A DNA stretch of 64,000 nt from Selaginella moellendorffii (Eukaryota; Plantae; Lycopodiophyta): assembly GCF_000143415.4 (NCBI RefSeq), contig NW_003314323.1, positions 376,499 to 440,498 on the forward strand. Direction: 5' to 3'. The notes under the pieces were generated by a model. The model saw only the letters and a list, made by a program, of their open reading frames with translations. It was not told the origin of the DNA and ran no database searches. A program made the translations under genes and the position numbers. Of the stretch, positions 1 to 10,268 are shown in pieces (positions within the stretch are counted from its first letter, which is position 1; each line of letters opens with the position of its first letter).

Positions 1-997
1 ACGTACCCAGTCGAGACCTCTAAGCAAGTTCTTGAGTGGCTTGGGTATTCTCATTGTATCTAGCACGCTTTGTCCGGGAAGAACCACCAGTACCTTACAT
101 AAATAAATTGACTCGATATTGTTTTGAAAGAAGAAAGGATCACTTGCCTGTAACCTGCGTCTTCCCCAGTGTATAGCCTCGTTGTGTGATTGATGATACA
201 GATCGATCCTTGCAGGACCTTTGATCGCACCTCCACGGTCTTCCACCTGATGAAGTAATAGAATGTAAAGATGAGAAGAATGAAAGCTCGCTAGAACCTT
301 TCCCCAGCCATATCCTGGAACAAACATCCTGGTTCCAAAAGGATAGTAGTTTGTATCAGCTGCGATCGTTCCATGGCGCGGAAATAGTCTCCAGGGGAAA
401 AGAATCAAACGAGCTGGGAGCTTGTGGTACTGCAAGAAACTGAGCTTTGAAAAAATTGGTGGTCTGGCCTGGAAAAAGAGAAAGAGAGAAAAAAAAGATG
501 AGATACACTTCTAGAAGATAAAGAACATGGAAATTGTCAATGCGAACTATCATTTCTCTCATTTTTGTGTGTCTTTTCGTCCTCCCTTGACTCTCTGACC
601 TTTGAAATTGACAGTATGATCGATCCAAAAGTACCTGAGCTGGGAAAGTGCCATTAGATGTAAGACCGTAGTATGGAGATCCAGAGAGACTAGTGGCAGT
701 CCAAAACCTGGAATGCTCAGAGCCTAAGAACACGGGCAGCGTAAAAGAAAAAAATCTTACTTTGCAATGAGTGGCAATGCAGCTTCGTCCAAATACCCCC
801 GTTTTCTCTTGCGGAAGCGCAACGGAACCCAGGATGGCGAGATCCCCAAGTAGTAGAAGCCTGGCAATTTGATTCCCCATTCCCAATTGCAGCAGTAGCC
901 ACAGCTGCATGGAAGTCATGCCGATCGCCTGCGCATTGCAAATTCAAGCTTACCTGCAGTAGGCCGTGCACTCGATCAGCTTCTTGGACGGCGGCAT
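1..997 (-). CDS. Spliced 3D (Asp-Asp-Asp) domain protein, MltA/YuiC-like peptidoglycan-hydrolase fold; 3' end runs off the window
   Basis: Manual exon assembly: 954-997, 761-904, 635-707, 298-468, 148-246, 1-93. Four introns are GT-AG and one (94-147) is GC-AG; frame is conserved throughout. Product: MPPSKKLIECTAYCSCGYCCNWEWG...YYGLTSNGTFPAQARPP...GTIAADTNYYPFGTRMFVPGYGWGKVEDRGGAIKGPARIDLYHQSHNEAIHWGRRRLQVLVV. It has the TAY, G-x-T-x-x-G-T, IAAD, EDRGGAIKG, RIDLY and WGRR motifs of the 3D domain. Confidence 0.88.
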
Positions 998-1098
998 TCT
1001 TCCCCCTACCCCGCCCAAGCTTAAGCCATTCTAAGAACCCTAACTTAAGAGCCCTAACAAACAGGGGAGCATATTCGATATTCGATTTGGTCTATTTT

Positions 1099-3234
1099 AT
1101 GCTTGCTGAGAGGAAGATCTTGGCGCAGCTCGTCAAGGCCGCCGGCGATGGCAGGGACGCGATCGATGCGCGGCGAATCCACGCGCGTGTCTTGCGCAGG
1201 GAGCTCGGCCGCGACCGATTCCTCCAGAATCTCATGGTGGAAATGTATGGCAAATGCGGGCGATTGGAGGAAGCCCTGGCGGTGTTCGAGGGCATCGATC
1301 AGCCAAACATCTTCTCCTGGAACATCATGCTCCAGGCGATGGCGCACAGCGAGGATCTGGAGGCCACGGTAGGGTTCTTCGAGCTCATGCCCGTCCGGGA
1401 CGCTGTTTCTTGGAATGCGATGCTCAAGAAGCAGTGCTGCTGCCACGAGGATGGAAGAGGGGAATCGATCCAGGCGCGGGATTTCTTCCAGAAGATGCCG
1501 CATCACGGCATCGTCGCGGCCACCGCGATGATCACAGCGCTTGGCCACGATCGCCAGGTCTCCCAGGCGCAGGAGATTTTCGACGCAATGCCTGGCCAGG
1601 ACGTGGTTTCTTGGACCGCGATGACGACGGCGCTGGCGGCGAGCGGCGATCTAGACCGCGCGAGGAGGATGTTCGATCGGATGCCGGAGAGGAACGAGGT
1701 GACTTGGAAGGCATCGATCCAGGCGCTCGCGGAGAGGCGATTCCTCCCCCAGGCCAGGGAGATGTTCCAGCGAATGCCGGCGCACGATTCTTTCGCGTGT
1801 AACGCGATGATCCAGGCGTACGTCGAGAGCGGCGATCTGGAGAGCGCCCGCGAGACATTCTCGTCGATGGAGGAGAAGAACGCCGTGGCGTGGAATTTGC
1901 TCATCGTCACGCATGCCTCGAATGGGTATGTGGAAGAGGCCGTGAATTTCCTCCATAGCACTCCACACGAGGACGTGATGCCATGGAACGCAGCACTCCA
2001 ATCGCTAGCGCACAGAGGCATGCTGGGAGAGGCCAGGAAGATCTTCGCTACAATGCCACAGCGAAACTTTGTTTCGTGGTCACTGATGATCGCTGCAAAT
2101 GCCGAGGCCGGGGATCTAGAAGCCGCCAGGGATTTGTACGAGCGATCGCCAACGCCGCGAGACATGATCGTCTCAACGGCGATGCTCTCGGGGTATGCTC
2201 GAAACGGCTGCCTGGATCGAGCGAGGAGCTTGTTCGACGAGATGGAGAGCTGGGACGTTGTCGCGATCACGACCATGATCACGGCATACGCGAACCATGG
2301 TGTTCTTGGCGAGGCCTGGGATTTGTTCCGGAGGATGCCGCAGAGAGACTGCGTGACTTGGAACACGATGATCGCGGCCTACACACACAACTCTCGGGCC
2401 AGAGAAGCGAGAGTTTTGCTCGAGAGGATGCCGAGATGGAGCTCGGTTTCGTGGAACACGGTTCTCTCCGGTTACGCGTACGCTGGTCTCCTGGCCGAGG
2501 CAACCAAGTTGGCGATCGAGATGCCGCAGAGGGACGTGGTTTCCTTCACGATCATGCTCGCGGCGAGTGCTCTAGCCGGAGAGCTCGCTCAGGCCAAGAA
2601 GATCTTCGACGCGATGCCACAGCGAGACGCAGCGTCCTGGCACACAATGCTCGTCGTCTACGCGCAGCACGGCCGCCTCACGGACGCTCGCTCGATCTTC
2701 GAGGAGATGCCGCAGCGAGACGTGGTGTCGTGGACGGCGCTGGTGGCGTCCAACGCTCGCCACGGCCGCTGTGAGGACGCGAGGCGCTTGTTCCAGCTCA
2801 TGGAGCTCGAGGGAGAGCTCCCGGACGAGGTGAGCTTCACCGGTATCCTGAGCGCCTGCTGCCACACCGGATCGCTGGACGACTGCTGGAGTTTCTTCCG
2901 GGCGATGGTGGGCGACTACAGCATCCGGCCGCTCCAGGAGCACTTCTCGTGCTTGGCGGACGCGCTGGGCCGCGCCGGGAGGCTGGCGGAAGCTCGGGAA
3001 GTGGTGGAGAGAATGCCATTCTCGCGGGATACAGCCACCGAGACGAGCTTGCTGAGCGCCAACCGGATCCATGGCGAGGTGAGCGAGGAGGATATCACAG
3101 TGGACGATCGTGGCGGTGCCTGTGCAGCGCTGATTTCCAACGCTTTGGCTGCCGCTGGGAGGAGGGAGGATCCGAGAGCTCGCGCGAGCAACGCTGGATT
3201 GAGGCCTGGGCGGAGCTGCGTTTTTGCTGCGTGA
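1099..3234 (+). CDS. PLS-class pentatricopeptide repeat protein with C-terminal E region, no DYW
   Basis: Intronless ORF of ~31-aa repeats (A..IFD.MP.RDVVSW.AM), followed by FTGILSACCHTG and HFSCLADALGRAGRL. First ATG is at 1099; the track starts at a TTG at 1087. Confidence 0.93.
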   Translation: MLAERKILAQLVKAAGDGRDAIDARRIHARVLRRELGRDRFLQNLMVEMYGKCGRLEEALAVFEGIDQPNIFSWNIMLQAMAHSEDLEATVGFFELMPVRDAVSWNAMLKKQCCCHEDGRGESIQARDFFQKMPHHGIVAATAMITALGHDRQVSQAQEIFDAMPGQDVVSWTAMTTALAASGDLDRARRMFDRMPERNEVTWKASIQALAERRFLPQAREMFQRMPAHDSFACNAMIQAYVESGDLESARETFSSMEEKNAVAWNLLIVTHASNGYVEEAVNFLHSTPHEDVMPWNAALQSLAHRGMLGEARKIFATMPQRNFVSWSLMIAANAEAGDLEAARDLYERSPTPRDMIVSTAMLSGYARNGCLDRARSLFDEMESWDVVAITTMITAYANHGVLGEAWDLFRRMPQRDCVTWNTMIAAYTHNSRAREARVLLERMPRWSSVSWNTVLSGYAYAGLLAEATKLAIEMPQRDVVSFTIMLAASALAGELAQAKKIFDAMPQRDAASWHTMLVVYAQHGRLTDARSIFEEMPQRDVVSWTALVASNARHGRCEDARRLFQLMELEGELPDEVSFTGILSACCHTGSLDDCWSFFRAMVGDYSIRPLQEHFSCLADALGRAGRLAEAREVVERMPFSRDTATETSLLSANRIHGEVSEEDITVDDRGGACAALISNALAAAGRREDPRARASNAGLRPGRSCVFAA

Positions 3235-3282
3235 GAAAGAAAGAGGTCTTTCTTTTGATTGGTTACAAATTGGGTCATGGTT

Positions 3283-3290
3283 TAGGGTTT
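3283..3290. promoter_or_regulatory. Telobox (TAGGGTTT) upstream of RPN1; others at 46059-46066 (SEH1) and 47747-47754 (SR45a intron 1)
   Basis: Exact AAACCCTA reverse complement close to the start codons of three housekeeping genes, a known plant promoter/5'UTR element. Confidence 0.5.
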
Positions 3291-3317
3291 GTTTGGAGGA
3301 GCTGGGAAGTAGGTTCC

Positions 3318-6300
3318 ATGGCGCCAGACCTCAAGAGCGACTCCTCGGCTCCACAGCCACCGGCGAAACCGGCCAAGGATGCCAAGAAGAAGAAGGACGA
3401 GAAGGAGGATCTGGTACGTGTGCTAGCTCTGCTCATGCGGGATTTGATTTGCCGACATTGGAATTTGGGTTTGCCTCTAGTCGGAGGAAGATTTGGCGCT
3501 CAAGCAGCAGCTGGAACTCTATGTGGAGAGGGCGCAGGACAGCGACCCTGGAGTCCAGAGGCTGGCTCTGGAGAGTATGAGGTACGCGAGTAGGAGTTTA
3601 ATCGTTTGTGTTGTGAGGAGCTGTGTGTATGCGCAGGCAAGAGATTCGGAGTGCTACAAGCTCCATGACTTCCGTGCCCAAGCCGCTGAAATTCCTCCGC
3701 CCGCATTATGGAACTTTGAAGGCGTTCTTCCAGAAAATGCCCGAGTCGGAGCTCAAAGTGAGTAGTGCTTTGAGAAATGTGAAGCTGATGATTTTTTTCT
3801 TTCTCTTTCTTTTCCTGATAGATGTATATGGCTGATATCATCTCGGTTTTGGCACTTACCATGTCGGAAGAAGGAGAAAGGGTATGTTGAAGCTAATTTT
3901 GTTATATCAGGAACACTGAAACACTCTTGCAGGAGAGCTTGCAATATAGATTGCTCGGCTCTAAGGGTGACTTGGGTTCATGGGGCCACGAATACGTCAG
4001 GTTTGTGACAGTACGCTAGCTGTTTCTTTTACGAGTAAATTGAGCTTGATTACAGAAATTTGGCTGGAGAAATTGGCCTCGAGTTCCAAAAGCGTCGGGT
4101 ATGTCTTTGTTTATAGTTCTTTTGCTGATTTTATCATGCAGTCGGAGGAAGAGTACATCAGCAGCTTGATGGATTTAGTAAAGCAAATTGTACCATTCCA
4201 CTTGCAGCACAATGCAGAACCTGAAGCTGTAGATCTGCTAATGGAAGTAAGTAAATTTCTTTTCTTGACATGCTTACTGACTTGCGTGATGTTCGAAGGT
4301 TGAAACGCTTGACATTCTACCGAAATTCATGGAGAAAGCCAACTTCAAAAGGACGTGTTCCTATCTCTTAAGCTGTGCTAGGTATGTTTCTGTACGTCTT
4401 TCGCAGTCACTCATCCATTATTGCAGCTACGTACCTGAGCTAGAGGACATATCAGTCTTGGACATCGCTTATCAAATCTATTCCAAATTTGAGCAGCATA
4501 CTGATGCCTTGAGGGTTGCTCTTCGGTTAGGCAACTTGCAGGTTTGCTTCAAGTCATGTGTTAAATATGTGTCTGATGCCAATATATTCTGTTAGTACGC
4601 TCGGGCTACATTTGCAGCTTGCAAGGATTTATCGGAAAGGAAGCAGCTCTGCTACATCCTTGCCCGACAGGTAATCCTTCTGAGTGATCTTCAGTGCTAA
4701 AATTGTTGTTCACAGAGTGAAACGGTAGAGCTGGATGACGAAATTCCTATGGGGGATGAGCATCGTGACGTGTTACAAGACATTATGAACAACACGAAGC
4801 TATGTGAAGGATATCTGACTCTCGCGCGGGATCTTGATGTGATGGAGCCCAAAGTACCTGAAGATATATACAAGGTACGGGCGTTTCTTTGACTTTCTCT
4901 CATTCGAGTTGTACCACAGGCTCATTTAATTGATGGAAGAGCGAGTGCCGGAGCTAGTGTTGATTCGGCTAGACAAAACCTTGCAGCCACTTTCGTCAAT
5001 GCTTTCGTCAACGCTGGTTTTGGACAGGTGGACATGACCTGATTTTCAGGATCTGCACTAAAATTATTTCTTTCCAGGATCACTTAATGACATCTCCTGC
5101 TGAGTCTTCTGGATCAACCAGCACTGGTAACTGGCTTTTTAAAAACAAAGAACATGGAAAGGCCAGCGCTACTGCCAGTTTGGTAAGGCACCTTGCTAAA
5201 GAAACCTGTCCACTGTAACTTACCGGCCGTAATCGTTCAGGGTCTTATCACCTTGTGGGATGTTGATGGAGGGCTCCCACAAATTGATAAGTATCTATAC
5301 AGTACCGATAACCATGTTGTCGCGGGAGCTCTCTTGGCTGTTGGAATTATCAATTGTGGAATTCGTAATGACTGCGATCCAGTGAGCAGTCCTTTCCTTT
5401 TAGTTGTGTGTTAACATTTATTTGCATGCAGGCGTATGCTCTTCTATATGACTCAGTAACTAAAGATGATCCTGCGGTACGTATTGGTGCTATTATGGGT
5501 CTTGGCCTAGCATATGCCGGCACACAAAAAGAAGAGGTTCGTTTCTTCTACCAGTTAGGTAGCGCATTGACACGTACTTACAGGTTCTCGAGCTTCTTAC
5601 TCCAATCATATCTGACTCAAGGGTTGGAATTGATGTTGCTGGTTTTGCTGCACTATCTCTTGGACTTGTTTATGTTGCATCATGCCACGAAGATGCAGCA
5701 CAAGCCATACTCCTTGCGATGATGGCACGAGACAACGACGATCCTTTGGCCAGGTTCTTGTGTCTGGGATTGGGACTTCTCTACCTTGGAAAGCAGGTAG
5801 TACGCTCTTCTTTGTTTGGGGATGTAAATCGAATTTTTCTGTCAGGACGCTGCTGAGGCCACCTTTGAAGTGGTTAAAACAGTAAACGAGAAGATTTCCA
5901 ACTATTGCCAAGTGACTCTCGAATCTTGTACTTATGCTGGTACGGGAAATGTTTTGAAGGTATGTCTTTTCTATAGTGATACTGCAGTGGTATAATAATA
6001 TTTTTGAGCAGGTCCAAAAATTCCTGAGTCAATGCTCTGATCATTTGGACAAAGGCGAGAGTCACCAGGGTGCAGCGGTTCTAGGCATTGGACTTGTTGC
6101 TATGGCAGAAGAGCTTGGGAGCGATATGGCTTTAAGAGCTCTAGAGCACCTTTTGCAGTATGGCGAGCCAAATATTCGTCGAGCCGTGCCTTTGGCTCTG
6201 GGTCTCTTGTCGATTTCGAATCCGAAGGTAAGACTTGATTTTTCTTTAAAAATTGTGCTCATCTATTGGATTATATCAGATTAATGTCATGGACACATTG

Positions 6301-7236
6301 AGCAGGCTGAGCCATGACACTGACTCGGAAGTCGCGATGGTATGAGCTTTACGAGTTCTTCTCCGAATGAAATCGTTATTGTTCTCTCCTGTTTTTCCCA
6401 GGCTGCAACCATTTCTCTTGGACTTATTGGCGCTGGAACAAACAATGCGCGTATTGCGGGAATGCTTCGAAGCTTGTCCAGCTATTACTACAAGGATCCC
6501 AGCCTTCTGTTCTGCGTAAGTTTGATCTCTCTTGTTTTTCTTTTTTTTCTTCGTTTTCATCTTAGTTTTGTCAATCTCTGTCACAGGTTCGGATCGCCCA
6601 GGGACTTGTACACATGGGAAAGGGACTAATCACTTTAAATCCTTACCATTCTGATCGTTTCTTGCTCTCGACGTAAGCATCGACACTTGACTGCTTAAAC
6701 CTCTTTGTTCTTGCTCAATATCTCTCTTGTTTAGGCCTGCCATCTCCGGCATTATTGCCGTTCTTCATGCGTGCTTGGATATGAAAGCCATCATCCTAGG
6801 GAAGTACCACTACGTTCTCTACTATCTCGTTCTAGCAATGCAGGTAACATTGCGCATGTCCTTTTTTCTTTGTTCTGGGGGAGGTAACGCTGTCTTTCTT
6901 CCTTTTCTCCAGCCTAGGATGCTCATGACTGTAGACGAGAACTTAAAGCCACTGCCTGTGCCCGTTCGAGTGGGAATTGCTGTGGACACAGTCGGTCAGG
7001 CAGGGCGGCCCAAGAGCATAACAGGATTCCAAACGCACACCACTCCAGTTCTTCTTGCGACCGGTGAAAGAGCGGAGCTTGCCACTGAGAAGTAAGCTCA
7101 AAGAGAGATTTCTCTTTTTCTCTCTTGTTCTTCTCTAAGCGTGTGTTCTTCCAGGTACACACCCCTTTCATCTGTGTTGGAGGGATTCGTGGTTCTTCGT
7201 GAAAATCCAGACTACGTCGAGGACCACCTTAATTGA
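3318..7236 (+). CDS. RPN1: 26S proteasome regulatory subunit RPN1 (PSMD2), multi-exon
   Basis: Exon peptides [109 protein letters not shown] and terminal [13 protein letters not shown]. Many ~50-bp introns. Confidence 0.96.
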
Positions 7237-7350
7237 GAAAGAACCAAAGTTTTCGCTAAACATGGCCAGTTTTGTCAAAATCGACGGCAATCTAAAAATC
7301 TTCGTTGGCGCTTTATTTCAAATTTTAGGGCTAGAGTCTAGGGCGGGAGA

Positions 7351-10267
7351 ATGGAGGAGCAAGAGCGTTTCGATGTGGAGTACCTCAAGAGCACGGTCGC
7401 GGAGGTTCTCGCGAAGGGATGCGCGGCGGTGGTGGCGGCGGAGCCCGGCGATCCGGTTGCGTATCTCAGCCTTTGGCTCCACAAGTACGTAGACAATGTG
7501 GAGGTTTTGGAGCGATTGAAGAGGGAAAAGGCTGTGGAGAAGCAGCTAGAAGAGGGTCAAAAGGCCGTGGAGGTCGTGAGGAAGGAGCGCCTGGAATTCT
7601 CCAAATCATGGAGGGAGGATACTCTCAAGGCGTTGCGAGGGATCAAGAATGATCCTTATCTCTTGTGGAAGTCCACATTGGAGGCCATATCAATTTTCAC
7701 TGGTATGCTTTCTTTTCTTCCATCTCTTTCTTCCTGCTTGCTCTTTTCTTTCTTCTTGGAATTGAAAGGACTTTAGTATGCGTTTGTTTTCATAGTTTGG
7801 AGACTTTCTCTCGTTTTTCCTTCATTGTTTCCGATAGCTTTAAGAGCTTTTTGGATCGGAAAGACAGGTTGCAGCTCTGCCTATGTCGCAGCAGTCGCTG
7901 AGAAGATGTGGGAGCCCAAGCCGGATCCAAAACCAGAGGGAGAAGAAGGCGAGGAGGGTGCAGAGCCTCCGCCAGAGGAAGAGGAAGAGGAAGAGCCAGA
8001 GCCCGAGCCAGAACCAGAGGAGGAAGAGGAAGAGGTAGCTGAAGAAGGTGGTGGAGAAGGCGGTGAAGGAGGAGCTGAGGGCGAAACGCCAGAAGGTGGT
8101 GAAGCTCCACCGAAGAAGAAAAAGAAAGAAAAGCCTCCCAAGCCAATCAACTACAAGAAGAAGATATTGATCTACACTGCTGCTACTCGAAGGAGCTTGT
8201 TTATCCTCAACAAGCAGTACAACAAGAAGAAGGTAGCTAATGAGTTTGGAGCTTGGCTGTCTTCAACTTTGCGTTTATTTCTGCAGGGTCCTGTAACTTT
8301 TAGGATATTGTTGGAACTACTGCCTCAGCTGCACATCCCGAATGTGTTGTACCAAGAAAGTATGTGAAAGTTTATTTTATTTTATTTTATTTATTTATTT
8401 AGTTTAATTCGTGCCACAATGTCAAAATATCGTCCAGACATGCAGTTTTTCGGCGCTGTTCCAAGGCTGGGCGCTTATTTTGCAGTTCCATTGGTTATCA
8501 ATACAGTTCCTCCTGAGGTTGTATCTCTCTTTCAATGCTCCACGCTTTTTTATAGTTCATATGTTTCCAGATCGTGGCCATATTGTGCGCGGACACGTTG
8601 AAAGGAGACGAGTATGGCACTGCGAAACCTTTTGACGATTCTGAGAGGGAGTTCATTTCAAGAGCTGCTACAATCTTGGGGGAAGTGCTGGGTGAAAACC
8701 ACGTTGAAAACATAAAAGACTACAAAACTGAGGAACTAATGGCCCAACTCAAGGAGAAGCTGAAGCAGATAGAAGTTGACAGAAAGGCGGCCTTGAAAAA
8801 GGAGAAGGCGGAAAAGCTGGCTGCAGAGAGAGCTGCAAGGAAAGCTGCTAGAGAGGCTGCTAAAGAGAAGGCCAAGGCAGAAGGTAAGGAACTTGAAGAA
8901 GAACCGGAAGAACCCGAAGCAGAACCGGAACCGGAGCCTGAGCCAGAACCAGAGGCTGCTGAAGGAGAGGGTGGTGAAGGAGGTGAAGCTGAAGAAGAGG
9001 AAGAGAAGGAGGAAGAGGAAGCTCCTCCTGAGGAAGAAGCACCACCAGAAGAAGAACCAGAACCTGAAGAGCCAGAAGAACCCGAAGAGGAGCCGCCAGA
9101 AGAAGAGTCTCCCGCCGAGGGCGAAGTTGTCGACGTGAAGCAAAAGCTCTTGAAGACTTTACAGCGGGACATTGCAAAAGCTAAGAAGAAGATTGAAAAG
9201 CTCGAGGCAAAGAATGCCAAAGCCAAGGAGGTTATGGAGAAGAAGGCCGAGACTGTTGCAAAGCTGGAAGACGAGATGGCTGTATCTCAGTCACTTTTGG
9301 GCCACTTACAAAACTTGCTGGGTGGTGTGATGGAGCTTATCAACGGAATTAAGGTATGTTTGAATACATACCAATCGTGATCTCATACTTGCTTTCAGGA
9401 CGTTGAAAGAAACCGTATCATACGGTGGTGCTTTCCTCCTACAAATGTCTATCGTGTTTTGAAGGTCTGCAATGATCAATGCCATTGATGAACGTCTGAT
9501 TATCTCTTTCATGCAGGGAATGCTCCATATTCTTGGACACGACAGGAACGTTGCGGACTGCTGGGTAACCGCGCGCGAAATTTTCAAGTGCGACTTTTTC
9601 AAAGTTAGTTCTCCCCACCCCAATACATTTTAAAAGCTAGCACCACCAAAATGTTAAGTCCTCGGATGCAATGTGCTAACAACGAGGATGCGTGCAGGAG
9701 CTACAAGAATACGATGCACTCAAGGAGGACAACCTGGACAAATGGAAATATGGCAAGAAGTGCTTGGATGTAAGCTTGTCCTGGTTTGCTCTAATCGGGG
9801 AGAAAAAAAAAAACAACCGGATTCCTCGTGCTTGCAGGAGCTCAAGGACGACATGATGAAGGCAGACCCTCCTATGGGATTTGTAAGTTCCTACCGAGGT
9901 GTTTTGCATTTCTCTGATCCGAGGCACGACAGCTTGGGAGGCGCTGGCTACTTGCCGTGAAGAAGTTGATGACAGCAGGCGTCAAGCATAAGAAACTCAC
10001 TCGAAAGACTGAAGCTGCAGCGTTGGTATGTACTCTAAGAACTCCCATCGTCCGTGAGACATCTATTGGGTCTTCCTTTTTCAGGTGTTCGCTGAGGCAC
10101 AACTCAAACAACTGGTTGCAGAGATGGATTTGAGAGTGGTTCAGGAGGAGGATGCCAGGTTGACTGCTGAAGAGCAGAAGGTGCAAGCAGACATTGAGGC
10201 AGACAGAATTGCGAAAGAAGGAGCTGATGCTGCTGCTGCTGGCGGTGAAGCACCTGCGGAAGGGTGA
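7351..10267 (+). CDS. RSP2: Flagellar radial spoke protein 2-like (N-terminal Dpy-30 motif, GAF-like region, Glu/Pro-rich linkers, coiled coil), multi-exon
   Basis: The N-terminus DVEYLKSTVAEVLAKGCAAVVAAEPGDPVAYLSLWLHKYV is a Dpy-30 motif. Later blocks PINYKKK..YTAA, FRIL.ELLP.LHIPNV, FF..VPRLGAY and ILCADTL match, as recalled, the architecture of Chlamydomonas RSP2. Confidence 0.8.
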
Positions 10268-10268
10268 A

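Noticed and set aside
356-971. Track ORFs of 187 aa and 84 aa on the minus strand
   Set aside because: They read through introns and mostly in the wrong frame. The spliced 3D-domain model explains the region.
1054-3593. Many antisense and alternate-frame ORFs over PPR genes (also at 11645-12693, 30066-31512, 53819-55185)
   Set aside because: Shadow ORFs expected from GC-rich repetitive coding sequence; no independent motifs.
8720-9226. Ser/Gly-rich and Phe-rich minus-strand ORFs
   Set aside because: Antisense of the Glu/Pro-rich RSP2 linker.
10194-10268. N-terminal extension of the 442-aa ORF
   Set aside because: It starts at a non-ATG codon inside the last RSP2 exon; the first ATG is at 10269.
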